Assembly: GCF_030144855.1 (NCBI RefSeq) | Contig: NC_082716.1 | Coordinates: 78,120,001 to 78,184,000 of the forward strand | DNA length: 64,000 nucleotides | Direction: 5' to 3' | DNA from: Hypanus sabinus | Taxonomy: Eukaryota | Shown: piece by piece, positions 38,461-51,116 of the stretch | Layout: the number at the start of each line of letters is the position of its first letter | How positions within the stretch are numbered: position 1 is the stretch's first letter | Notes under the pieces: generated by a model | What the model was told of the DNA's origin: nothing | Database searches by the model: none | What the model saw: the letters and a program-made list of their open reading frames with translations, nothing else | Position numbers and translations under genes: made by a program

Positions 38461-40300
38461 TACACTCAATGACCACTTTATCAAGTACACTTGCCTGCTA
38501 ATGCAAATATCTAATCAACCCATTATGGGACAGCAATTCTATGTATAAATGTCTGCAGATATGGCCATAAGGTTCAGTTGTTATTCAAACCAAACATCAG
38601 AATGGGCAAGAAATGTGATCCAAGTGGCTTTGACCATGGAATGATTGTTGGTGCCAGACAGGATGATTTGAGCATCAAAACTACTGATCTCTTGGGATAT
38701 TCACGCAGTCTCCAGAGTTTACAGATAATGGCATGAGAAACAAAACATCCAGTGAGTGGCAGTTGCGGGTGAAAACACCTTGCCAATGAGGAAAGATCAG
38801 AGGAGAATGCCCAGGTGTTTAAGCTGACAGGAAGGTAACAGTAACACAAGTAATGATGAGAGAGTCTGATTAGGAACAGTCAACATAGATTTGTGCATGG
38901 AAGGTCATGTTTGACAAATCTTACTGAATTTTTTGAAGACGTTACTAGGGAAGTTGACAAGGGTAAAGCAGTGGATGTTGTTTGTCTATATGGACTTCAG
39001 TAAGGCCTTTTACAAGGTTCCACACGGAAGGTTAGTTAGGAAGGTTCAATCGTTAGGTATTAATATTGAAGTAGTAAAATGGATTTAACAGTGGCTGGAT
39101 GGGAGATGCCAGAGTAGTGGTGGATAACTGTTTGTCAAGTTGGAGGCCGGTGACTAGTGGTGTGCCTCAGGGTTCTGTACTGGGTCCAATGTTGTTTGTC
39201 ATATACATTAATGATCTGGATGATGGGATAGTAAATTGGATTAGTAAGTATGCAGATGATACTAAGGTAGGTGGCGTTGTGGATAATGAAATAGGTTTTC
39301 AAAGATGGCAGAGAGATTTAGGCCAGTTAGAAGAGTGGGCTGAAAGATGACAGATGGAGTTTAATGCTGCTAAGTGTGAGGTGCTACATTTTGGTAGGAC
39401 TAATCAAAATAGGACATACATGGTAAATGTAGGGCATTGAAAAATGCAGTAGAACAGAGTGATTTAGGAATAATGGTGCATAGTTTCCTGAAGGTGGAAT
39501 CTCATGTGGAAAGGGTGGTGAAGAAGCTTTTGGTATGCTGGCCTTTATAAATCAGAGCATTGAGTATAGGAGTTGGGATGTAATGTTAAAATTATATAAG
39601 GCATTTGTAAGGCCAAATTTGGAGTATTGTGTACAGTTCTGGTCACCGAATTATAGGAAAGATGTCAACAGAAGAGAGAGAGTACAGAGGAGATTTACTA
39701 GAATGTTACCTGGGTTTCAGCACCTAAGTTACAGAGAAAGGTTGAACAAGTTAGGTCTTTATTCTCTGGAGCGTAGAAGGTTGAGGGGGGGGATTTGATA
39801 GAGGTATTTAAAATTATGGGGGGGGGGGGGATAGATAGAGTTGACATAGATAGGCTTTTTCCATTGAGAGTCAGGGAGATTCAAACAAGAGGACCTGAGT
39901 TGAGAGTTAGGGGGCAAAAGTTTAGGGGTAACACAAGGGGGAACTTCTTTACTCAGAGAGTGGTAGCTGTGTGGAATGAGCTTCCAATGGAAATGGTAGA
40001 GGCAGGTTCAATATTGTCATTTAAAGTAAAATTGGATAGGTATATGGACAGGAAAGGAATGGAGGGTTATGGGCTGTGTGCAGGTCAGTGGGACTAGGTG
40101 AGAGTAAGCGATCTGCACAGACTAGAAGGGCTAAGTTGGCCTGTTTCCATGCTATAATTGTTATATGATTATACAATGAGTTATAGTGGTGAGGGGGAGA
40201 GCATCTCTGAACAAACTTGCCAAAACATGAACTGGATAGGCTACAACAGCAGAAAACCACAAACATAGAAATACCCTCAGTGGTCACTTTATTAGGCATA
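38461..40300 (+). mobile_element. Tc1-like non-autonomous element split by a CR1 insertion (pieces about 38461-38855 and 40185-40300)
   Basis: TA-CACTCAATGACCACTTTAT end; Tc1 HTH remnant (GMIVGAR..LSI.TTDLLG); continues after the CR1 with gagcatctctgaa...ggctacaacagcagaa. Confidence 0.65.
38860..40172 (+). mobile_element. 5'-truncated CR1 LINE (RT and 3' UTR)
   Basis: GVPQGSVLGPMLFVIYINDLD, KYADDTK, VRPNLEYCVQFWSP, FFTQRVV..WNELP. Confidence 0.93.
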
Positions 40301-40779
40301 TGAACAACTCAATTTAAACCACTGAACACACTGGGTCCTTGAGCCTGTTTTGCTACACAATAGATCAGAGCTGATCTAATTATCAACTCAACACAATATT
40401 CCCATCTAGCCATGTAATTTTTCATTCCAGATGAAGGAATTTTATTACTGAATCCAATCAGGGAGATGTTTTCAAGTCAATTAAATTAAGGGTACTGACA
40501 AGATGAATGAAGCTATTAAAATACAGACCAGCTGTGTCTATATTGTAAAATCAAGACAAGAATTTACAAATGCTGGAAACAGTAGCAAAATTAATTTAAA
40601 AATAAAACAATTTCTGTAGTAACTCAGCAGGTAATGCAGCATCTTTGGAGAGAAATTCGCAGTAAATTTTCTTTCAGACCAAGATCCTTCACCTGGCCTA
40701 GGTGAAGGGTCTTGGCCTGAAATGCTGACTGTCCATTTTTCTCCAAGGATGATACCTATATTGCTATGTTCCTCTGGAA

Positions 40780-40859
40780 CAGGGGTTTCCAACCTGGGGC
40801 CCGTGGACCCCTTCCTTAATGGTATTGGCCCATGCTATAAAAGAAGTTGGGAACTCCTG
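40780..40859. mobile_element. 80-bp hAT MITE (same family as 28500, opposite orientation), nested in a Penelope-derived repeat (about 40545-40900)
   Basis: CAGGGGTTTCCAAC / GTTGGGAACTCCTG; internal sequence is the reverse complement of the 28500 copy. A partial third copy lies at about 24595. Confidence 0.8.
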
Positions 40860-41236
40860 CTTGAGAAGTTTTGTTTTTTTTTGCTGTGTCTGCATTTGCA
40901 GATGGTGGACCCTGTTGGCATAATTCATATAGAAGTTGTGTTTCTCAAACCAATCTTAAAGTCCAGAACCAAAGAGATTAATTCACATAATTAAATATTT
41001 ATCAATCAGCAGTTTCCTGCACTCCTGCCACCCCTTCACGTCACTCTCAGGTTGAACATTACTTGCAATACAATTTCACAAAGATAGTATACTGTATGCT
41101 ACAGGATACTTTAAGTAATTGGGCTTGTGGTTAGCTCATCATAATCTAAATACAATAATCTGAAGCCAGTTTATGTCCTGTATGTACTACCCCATTATAA
41201 TTCCCCATAGTCATCTACTCAAGAATTCAACACAAT

Positions 41237-44200
41237 TCATAGGAGCAGAATTAGATCATTTGGCCTATTGACTCTGCTCCACCATTCAATCATGGTTTAT
41301 CCTTTCTCCCCCCTCTTCAGCCCCACTCCCCAGCCCTCTGAAACCTTTGATATTGTGTCCAATCAAGAACCTATCAATCTCTGCCTTAAATACACCCAAC
41401 GACCTAGCCGCCACAGCTTCCTATTGTAACAAATTCACCACCCTTTAGCTGAAGAAATTTCTCTGCATCTGTTTTAAATGGAGGCCCCTCTATCCTGGGC
41501 TATGCCCTTTTGTCTTAGATTCCTCCACCATGGGAAACAGCCTTTCCACATCTACTCTGTCTAGGCCTTTCAACATATGAAAGGTTTCAATAAGTTGCCC
41601 CCCCATCCTTCTAAATTCCAGCGAGTACAGACCCAGAGCCCAACGTTCCTCATATGATAACCCTTTCACTCCCAGAATCATCCTTGTGAACCTCCTCTGG
41701 ACCCTCTCCAATCCCAGCACATCTTTTCTCACATGAGGAGCCCAAAACTGTTCACAATACTCAAGGTGAGGCCTCATCAGTGCCTTATAAAGCCTCAGCA
41801 TCACATCCTGCACTTGTATTCTAGACTTCTTGAAATGAATGCGAACATTACATTTGCCTACTTCACCACCAATTGCAAGTTAACCTTTAGGGTGTTCTGC
41901 ACAAGGACTCCCAAGTCCCTTTCCATCTCAGATTTTCTCCCCATTTAGAAAATAGTCTGCACATTTATTTCTACTACCAAAGTGCATGACCATTCATTTT
42001 CCAACATTGGCAAATGAAATACACTGTCTTGCCCATTCTCCTAATATGTCTAAGTCCTTCTGCATCCCAGCAGTTTCCTCCACACTACCTGCCCCTCCTC
42101 CAGTCCATATCATCTGCAAACTTGGCAACAAAGCCATCTATTCCATCATCTAAATCATGGATATACAGCATAAAGAGTGTAGAACACCACTAGTCACTGG
42201 CAGCCAACCAGAAAAGGATCCTTTTATTCTCACTTGCTGCCTCCTACCAATCAGCCAATGCGCCATGTTAGTAACTTTCCTGTAATACCATGGGGCTCTT
42301 AACTTGGTAAGCAGCCTCACGTGTGGCATCTTGTCAAAGGCCTTCTTAATGTCTAAATACACATCCACTGTGTCCCCTTTATCTATCCTACTTGTAATCT
42401 CTTCAAAGAATTCCAACAAGTTTGTCAGAAAAAATTTTCCCTGAAGGAAACCATGCTGACATTGTCCTAACACATCCTGTTTCACCAAGTACTCCATAAC
42501 CTCATGTTTAACCATCAACTCCAACATCTTTCCAACCACTGAGGTCAGGCTTACAGGCTTATAATTTCCTTCCTGCTGCCTCCCACCTTTCTTAAAGAGT
42601 GAAGTGAAATTTGCAATTTTCCGGTCCTCCAAAACTATGCCAGAGTCCAATGATCCTTGAAAGATCATTACAAATGCCTCCCTCATCTCTACCACTACCT
42701 CTTTCAGAACCCTAGGACCCAGTTCATTTGGTCCAGGTACGTACCCTCAGGGCTTTCAGCTTTGAGCACCTTCTCCCTTATAATAGTAACTGTACTCAGT
42801 TCTATTCCCTCACACCCTTCAACATCCGGCACACTGCTCACATCTTGAACAGCAAAGACAGATGCAAAATACTCATTTAGTTCATCTGTCATCTTCTTGT
42901 CCCCCATCATTTCCCAAGTCTTATATCCACTCTCATCTCTTATTTTGTTAAGGTGTACATGAAAAAGCTTTTACTATCCACTGATATTATTTGCTAGCTT
43001 ACCTTCATATTTCATCTTTTCCCTTCTAATGATTCTTTAAGTTGCTCTCTGTACATTTTAGAAGCTTCCCAATCCTTTCTTCCTGCTAATTTTTGGTTTG
43101 TTGTGTTTTTACATTAGTTTTGACTTCCTTTGTCAACCATAGTTCTACCATTTTGCAATCTATTTCTTTGTTTTTAGAATCGATCTATCCTTCATCTTCC
43201 TCATTTTTCCCCAGAAACTCACACCATTGCTGCTGTATTATCCCTACCAGCATTTCCTTCCAATTTACTTTGACCAACTCCTCTTTCATACCGTCATAAT
43301 TTCCTTTACTCCCTGAAATACTGCTACATCAGACATTACTTTCTCCCTATCAAATTTCAAGTTGAACTCAATCACATTGTGATCTCTGCTTCCTAAGGGT
43401 TCTTTTACCTTAAGCTCCCTAATCCCACTGGTTCATTACATAAAACCCAATAGAGATAGCTGATCCCCAGTGGGCTCAACAAACTGCTCTAAAGAGCCAT
43501 CTCATAGGCAATTACAAAATCAATCTCAAGATCCATTATCAACTTGATTTTCCCCAATTGATCTGAATGTTGAAATATCCTATGACGACCATAACATTGC
43601 CCTTTTGACATACCTTTTCTATTTCCCATTTATAATGTATGGTCTGTATCCCAGCGACTGTTGGGAGGCCTGTATATCACTGCCATCAAGGTCTTTTTAC
43701 CCTCTCAACCCACAAGGATTCAACATCTTTCAATCTTATGTCATATCTTTTCACTGAATTGATGCCATTCTTTACCAGTAGAGCATGCCACCACCTCTGG
43801 CTACCTTCCTATCCACCAATACAACATGTAACCTTGGACATTTAGCTCCCAACTACAATCATCCTTCAGCCATGATTCAGTAATGGCCATAGCATCATAT
43901 TTGGATCTGTAATAGTGCAACAAGATCATCCACCTTATTTCTTACACTCCATGCAATAAGCTATAGCACCAAGTACTGTATTTACTACCCTTTTTGATTC
44001 TGCATCCCTTATGCACTGATACTCACCCTGCTGGCTGCAATTTTGTCCTATCATCTGCCCGCCCTTCCTGACAGTCTGACCTTATGCTGTTTTATTTTTA
44101 AAAAATCTGTCCTAAACTGAGTCCCTCAGTCAGTCAGAGTCCCAAGCCATCAGACTCCTCAATACTCAGAGTCCAGACTGACATCTACATCATTTATTAT

Positions 44201-45210
44201 ATTGTAATTGGTTCTCTACTGTGCCTATTGTCTTGTTTATTAATTATTGTACTGCCCTATTTTGTGCACTTTATGTAGTCCTGTGCAGGTCTGTACTCTA
44301 GTGCAGTTTTTAAATGCTGTTTTAAGTAGTCTAGTGTAGCCTTGTGCTGTTTCACATAGTCTAGTGTAGTTTTGTGTTGTTTCATGTAGCACTAGGGTCC
44401 TGGAGAAACATTGTTTCGTTTTTACTGTGTACTGTACCAGCAGTTTATGGTTGAAATGACAATAAGCTTGATTTCACTCTGGTTCTCACACCCAGCAAAT
44501 TAGTTTAAACCCTTCCCAATAGCTCTAACAAACCTGCCCACGAGAATATTGGTCCTCCTTGGGTGCAGGTGCAACCCGTCACTTTTGCATAGGTCATACC
44601 TCCCCCAGAAGATAGCCCAATGATCCAAAAACCTGAAACCCTGCCTTCTGTACCAGTTTTCAGCCACAGATTTATTTGCCAAATTATCCTGTTTCTACCC
44701 GCACTGGCACGTGGCACAGGTAGTAATCCAGAAATTACTACCCTGGAAGTCTTGTTTCTCAGCTTTCTACCTAGCTCTCCAAATTCTCTCTTCAGGACCT
44801 CACTGCTTTTCCTTCCTATGTCGTTGGTACCAGTATGTACTAAGACATATGGCTGCTCTCCCTCCCTCTCCAAAGTGCTGTGGACATGATCTGATATGTC
44901 CCTGACCCTGGCACCTGGGAGGCAACAAGGAAACCTCAATAGAAACTTACCCAGAGCTAATGCCTCTTCCAAGCAGAGCTTCGTTTCACACAAAGCCTGA
45001 AACCTCTACTTTCACCACTGGCCTACTCCCAACAATGGCTGCCACTGCTTGTCCCTTCTGTAATTTAATTTGCTGTGCTTTGCTCCCAATGCTGACTGGA
45101 CTGACAGAATGAGCTTAGACACCCATGAAGCTCTCTTCTTAAACAAGCATCACCAACATACGAGAAACCTCCTCGCTGTGCTCTGCTCCCGCCAGACTCG
45201 GACACCGCTA
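41237..45210 (-). mobile_element. Second near-full-length decayed CR1 LINE (ORF1 esterase, APE, RT)
   Basis: CLPGARVRD, GTNDIG, DGLHL; NYKPVSLTS, QHGF, KAFDKMPH, RPHLEYCEQFWAP. Confidence 0.9.
44129..44475 (+). mobile_element. Rex/Babar-type LINE 3' end nested antisense in the CR1
   Basis: caagccatcagactcctcaat...gaaatgacaataagcttg interrupts the CR1 next to the ORF1/ORF2 junction (compare 7740-7775). Confidence 0.7.
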
Positions 45211-45864
45211 TGTATTTAATTATTCAACAACCATAGTAATTAGGGAGCATAGCAATCCAGTAATAAAAATATTATTCATTCCCAAAATGATATTCCAGAT
45301 CATTTAACATTTTAAGATCACATCCCTGTTCATGTGAGCAATTCAATTAAAATCTATCTGCCCTGGTCATTTGAACTTATGGCCTCTACATCTGAGCCCA
45401 TTCCACATAGCCCAACATTGATATTTAAGGTGGACTTTTGTATATGATGTCATGGAATGACAGCTGTTCTGAAATCTGTTAATTAAAATACTGACAACCT
45501 CACATGGATTCAATTAAAAAACTAACCATGCTTTACGATTAAACAGACAATGAAAAGCTCAGATGTTATGGAAAACCTTTGATTAATACGATAACAATTT
45601 GACTTCAGAGAATCTTCAAAGGAAAAAACATTGATCATTCATTAAACATACTGCTTTTACAGGATTCTACATATCCCTCTTTGAAATAGTGAGCTCAAAA
45701 TAATAACATCTATTGACTTTCATGATACAAATGTGATCTGCTTGTATGTCAACAGAATACTCTTTCAATGGTCTACTAAATTCAAATGGATCACAATGAC
45801 AGACAGCCAATGATGCACTGGGAATGACAACATTGAGTACAGCATTGCAGAAAGATTTACTCAC

Positions 45865-45930
45865 CCTTTCACTTCTTATAGAACCTGTCACATCATCATC
45901 ATCCAAGTGTCGTTTAAACTTAGGTGGCAT
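45865..45930 (-). CDS. vamp4: VAMP4 first coding exon (exon 2, aa 1-22: MPPKFKRHLDDDDVTGSIRSER); whole exon including 5' UTR is 45865-45986
   Basis: Translation is nearly identical to the recalled human VAMP4 N-terminus (MPPKFKRHLNDDDVTGSVKSER). ATG context is aaccATG. The 66-nt CDS ends at donor AGG|gtgagt. Upstream acceptor ttaatttgttgtag| at 45987. Confidence 0.97.
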
Positions 45931-46242
45931 GGTTACAATCCAATGATATATCGTCTTTGCCTCAAACTGAGATCCGAATGATCAACCTACAACAAATTAA
46001 GGTACATTATTAATGTACATATTTTTAACACCTCTGGCTTATGTAATTTAATCAAATCATGGCAGAAGTGCAGATATATCTCAATTTTGTTTGCCTTTAC
46101 TTCAAGGCAACAAAATATTCTATCACCTAAAGGTACAGTGACTAGAGATGAAAACTGACCTCTGATATAGCCCATATCAATGCAGATGATAGACCAATTA
46201 TAGTGAAACAAGTAAACTAGCAAAAAACAGTTCAACATGTCA

Positions 46243-46510
46243 TTATTTGCCATGTTGTATGATGTGGGTGATTATAGTCTTATCCATGACCAAGCAAATT
46301 TATCTACAGAAGTGGTTTTCCATTGCCTTCTTCTGGATAAGTGACCCCAGCCATGATCAATACTCTTCAGATTGTCTGCCTGGCGTCACTGGTTGCGTAA
46401 CTAGGACTTGTGATGTGCACTGGCTACTCATACAACCATTTACCACCTGCTCCCATGGCTTCATGTGACGGATTCCGGGGGGGGGGTGCCGGCAACACAT
46501 CTCCACCCTG
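46243..46510 (-). mobile_element. RTE/BovB-related SINE-like repeat
   Basis: Minus-strand gaaggcaatggaaaaccacttct motif, characteristic of RTE/BovB-derived SINEs. Confidence 0.55.
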
Positions 46511-47306
46511 CTGCCCCGTTCAACATATAGCATAGTGAAAATGTTGTACACAAGTATTTCGAAAGTTGAATCTCAAAAGAGAAAATTCATGGTTCTAATG
46601 TAATAATTACTGGAAGGTCTGCAGAGCAGGAACAATTATTACACAAAACTACAAAACAGATGTTCCACAATTTATCTGTGTTCTTCATATGTTCAGCAAA
46701 ACACCATTGGTGGAGAATGAAAAAGTAAATGCGCTCTGCTGTTACTTAAGGTTTCTAGCAGCCAATTTTCTTTGCAACTTCAGATAAAGATTTTGCATCT
46801 CTCTCTCTCACTTGTACCTCAGATCCTATTAAGTTTACTTGTTTAAGTACCACACTCTTCCTTGCTTAATCATTCCAACTATCACTTAATCACTCCTGCT
46901 TTCTAATTCAAGACCTTTCCACTCCTCAGTTCTCTCCTTTAACAATCTCTGTATCCCAGATTCTGCACCTTTTCCAATGTTGAGCACCAACTCAGCTTCT
47001 CTCTTCTTAATGACCCCCATCCTGATGACTCCTCAGCATTGTGTTTTAAAGCCACTCTGGAGTTACAAAGACTTAAGCCAAAAAGAATCTTAACTATTTA
47101 CCACTGTTGGACCTAACTGTTTCATTCTAGGATTTGACTAATTGTCTTTTTTTTTGCAGTTTAACAATTACCTGATTGTATTTTATATAGTTACTTACAT
47201 GTATACAAGTAACTGCTTACTGTGACTCCTAGTGGCTAGGGTATGCACACAACTGTTTAATATGCCCCTAGTGGTTATACAAGGTATAATTCTGGAAATT
47301 TCTTTA

Positions 47307-48558
47307 CCGCACTATCCAGTATATAAGCCGAGAATCTGGCCCTAAATTTTGGTCCTGAAATTAGGCGGTTGGCTTATACACAGGGTGCCAACTTTGAAAA
47401 AACGAATACACAGAAGACAGGTCATATTTGTTGGCTGTTTTTGAGTCAAATTCGTTCCACTGCCGTCGCATGAATTCTATGAATGATTTGTTTAAACTCA
47501 CATCTAGTGGCTGAGCACGGAGATCAAACCACCGGGGATGACTGCAATGTCCGTATTTTCAGGTTTCAATGCTGCTTTTGTCTCACCTGACAAGTGTGTT
47601 TTGAAGACGTCCCAGACAAGTAGCAACTTTTCTTTCCTGAAACCTTCGGGACATCGACTCCACACCTCTTTAACCCACTTCAAGCAAACGGCTTTGTCCA
47701 TCTAGCAGCATTCTTGAACGTAAACACCCCGCGGGAATTTTCTGAGCAATCTTTGGTTTTTGTCTCAACACAAGATCACGTCTATTCATAAATCGGGTGC
47801 ACCAACTTCGCGTAGCTTTGAAATTTTTGCTGACCTCACGGTGTTTTACGTCCCATTTCAATGCTTGAACTCGAATCATTTCTCTGGTAACAATGTATCC
47901 GGACAATCGCTGGTGAGCAACCCACTCTAAAACTTTTTCTTCCAGTTCTGGCCACTGGCATGTTTTCCCGCAGTTTGCACATTTCGTCTCTGGCATTTTC
48001 CTCAGCATGTCCTCTGCCTTTCTCCACTCTCTCACTTGTTTCTCATTTACACTAAACTTCTTAGCAGCTGCAGAATTATTCGTTCCTTTAGCAAAATCAC
48101 CAACCTTCAGCTTGAAGCCAGCATCATATTGCATTTGCTTTAATGTTTTGTACGTGGCTGTCGCAAACTCAATACTGAGTAGACGTACTGATCCCGCTAC
48201 CCCGTGTTATGTTTTAACGAGATTACAATGGGCTCTAAATGGTTTCACGGGGGTTACAATTCTGAGGATTCTTTACCATTGGAGACCTAATCCAAAATTT
48301 CCCTCCCTGATTTATTTATTAAGAATTCACTTATAACGCTCTACAATGTGTAGACCTGTTTTCTTAGCAGGTACTGGTTCACAAAATTTCCTGGTTCCGA
48401 ATCCAGCAAAGCTGAATACCGGCATGTGAGATCTTATGATCTTTTCTGGTTAAATCAAAAACCTCTACCAAAGGGGTCAGCTTATACAAAGGTAACATGA
48501 AAATGTCACTTTTTTAACCTTGAAAATGGGGGGCCGGCTTATACTCCAGAATATACGG
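47307..48558 (-). mobile_element. Internally deleted pogo-superfamily (Tc2/POGK-like) DNA transposon
   Basis: TA TSDs; TIRs CCGCACTATCCAGTATATAAGCCG / CGGCTTATACTCCAGAATATACGG. ORF 47670-48134 has a Brinker-type and a CENP-B HTH (YDAGFKLKV, WPELEEKVLEW, FKATRSWCTRFMNR). DDE remnant LLVWDVFKTH, IPGGL. Confidence 0.93.
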
Positions 48559-48702
48559 TATTCTGTATTAAGTGACTATCTCAATGGTTAATTTTTACTG
48601 CAGTATTAAATAAGTATTTTCTAATTGTTTAAATTTTATCTGTAGATTTGAGTGGAATTTTTCATCTCAGTAGTATAAAAGTAGATGTTTTGTGCTTGGT
48701 AA

Positions 48703-49258
48703 CACACACACAAAATGCTGGAGGAATTCAGCAGACCAGGCAGCATCTATATGGAAATGGGTACAGTTGACATTTCAGGCTGAGATCCTTCATCAGGACT
48801 GGGAAAAAGACGAGTCAGAGGAAGAAAGTGGTTGGACAGCAAGAACCATAAGGCGATAGGTAAAACATTGATTTCATGAACTTCCAGCAATGCCACCTCC
48901 CACCCCACCCCTCATTCCCATCTCTCACCTCATTTCCTTACCCACCTATCACCTCCCTCTGGTACTGCTCACTCCTTTCTTTCCTTCTATCCTCTATCAG
49001 ATTCCCCCTTCACTAATCAACTTTCCAGCTCGTTACCCACCCTTCTCCCCCACACCCCCAGTTTCACTGATCACCTTGTGTTTTTTTTTGTCCACTCCAC
49101 CTTCCTACTCTGACTCATCTTTTCCCAGTGCTGCTGAAGGGTCTCGGCCCAAAGCACCGACTGTACTTGTTTCTATAGACGCTACCTGGCCTGCTAAGCT
49201 TCTCCAGCATTCTGTGTGTTGCTTGGATTTCCAGCATCTGCAGACTTTCTCTTGTTTT
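48703..49258. mobile_element. Inverted pair of Penelope-derived terminal repeats, each with a hammerhead-like motif
   Basis: Left arm acacaaaatgctggaggaattcagcagaccaggcagcatctat is the reverse complement of right arm atagacgctacctggcctgctaagcttctccagcattctgtgtgt. Confidence 0.8.
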
Positions 49259-51033
49259 ATGCTAGGTGCCATCTTTAGTTTTTCTCTTCTTCAAGTGGTA
49301 GGTCACTATCTACTTGTTTCAACTTCCTTTTGTTCTATCAACTTAATAAAATGATCATGAAGCAACAAGCTTTCTGCCTTGTTCCTTGGATTTAAACACC
49401 AAAATCTATCACACTTCAAAAATGTGCAATATTTACCAGCAGATATGTACTAAATTTAACATAAACTGACCACCATTTACAGTTGATGCTAGGATACAGC
49501 ACTGGAAACAATACCCATGTCCACTACAGTTATACACTACAGTTAAATGCTCAATGTGTTCCATCCAAATTAGATCACATTCCAGAACACAATCCAATTA
49601 CTCTCTCCCCCTCCTTCTAAAGTTATTTCATTTCTACACTGAAATATCAAAACGTGACAGCAAATAAAACTTTTGGTTATCAGGGTAAGCTCCTTGAATG
49701 GAAAACCTCCAACTTAAAATTTTAGAGAAATGTGGATATTACTGTTCAGAGGTACTCAGGATTAAAAAAAATGTACTTTAAGTTTTAGGTGTAGTAATGT
49801 TACTCCTTAATAAACTCCTTTAAGATATTGTGGCGAGTTCTTAACACAAAATTCTCAGGTTGTTGCATGACTCATCTAAGGGACAGTCTTCCCAATTTGC
49901 ACCCCAGTCCCCATATGTTTGCAAGGAGAGCTTCAGGGTCAACTATGGCTCAGTAATTAACACCGCTGCTTCAGTTTCAGATTCATGACAATAATTTTTA
50001 AATGCAGATGCTGAAAAACTAAAACAAAAACAGAAAGCATCAGACATACTTTACCGGTCAGGCTACATCAGTAGGAATTGAAACAGGGACAGCATTTTGG
50101 TTGTTTCAAGTTCTAACAAAGGTCTCCAAGTTGAAACAGCATGCTTCCCTTTCAACAAAACCTGTTTTGCTGAATAGTTCCAGCTCTTCTGTTTTTGACT
50201 GATCCTGTCCTAAGGTGCTGTCCATTTGGAGTTTGTATCTTTGCCTCTTGATGCAAATTCTACCAGATATTCTGGTTTCCTCCCACATCACAAAGACATA
50301 AACATAGAAGATCAGACAAGATGACAACAATAAGTGGTGATTCTTTCTGAACAACTAGGATTACAACAGCTGAAATCCACAGTCACAGCCAAGGATACTT
50401 TCGTAAGCAACTTCATTTTAAGACAATTACAACATCAGCAGAGCCACAAAGGCAGACTCAGGACATGAGTGCAGTTACCCTTTGAGAGAAAGGAAGCGGG
50501 GAAGGCACGTTGAGCTGCAGGTATGATTGAGTCCTGCTACTCCCAACTATCCTGCTGGGAAACAAAATTGAAAACCTCAGAGCAAGATTATACTACCAGA
50601 GGGACATCAAGGACTGCTATGTACATGGTTCACCCCCACATTTCAGATACAGCGCTAATGCCCAAGGGCTTCACCATCCACCAAAAAGGACATCTAAGAC
50701 TTTTAAAAGGTAGTGGAGGTGGAATATGCTTTACGATTAACCCATCATGCATAGACGTGGTAGTTCTGTCTCAGTCCTGCTCACACAACCTGGAACATGG
50801 AGCGATCAAGAGTCATCTATTTTGTCTGCCAAGGGAGTTTTCCACCGTAATCATGGTAGCAATGTACATTCCACTTCAGGCAGGCACTGGAGGAGCTGAG
50901 CACTGTGATCAGCAGTCACAAAACAGCACACCCTGATGCCTTCCCTGTCATTGCAGAGGATTTCAACCAGGCTCGGCTGAAGAGATCTCTAAACAATCAC
51001 TATCACCTCTGGAATCAGAGGAGCCAACATTCT

Positions 51034-51116
51034 TTTTTTTTTTTTTCTTTTTTTTTTATGGTGGCACCTTGGTCCTCAAAGTCACCAACTTCAGCGGAAC
51101 GCTTCAAGCCACACCC
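51034..51116 (-). mobile_element. 83-bp poly(A)-tailed retro-insertion with 19-bp TSD
   Basis: TCAGAGGAGCCAACATTCT at both 51015-51033 and 51117-51135, flanking poly(T) plus 59 nt. Confidence 0.92.

Noticed and set aside
45667-45930. 87-aa ORF as a single-exon protein
   Set aside because: Only the first 22 codons are VAMP4; the rest is read-through past the GTGAGT donor into intron 2.
51058-51116. tRNA gene or hammerhead in the short retrocopy (ends in GCCACCA, contains CTGAAG)
   Set aside because: No T-loop GTTCRA in the right position, no cloverleaf, and no GAAA box.
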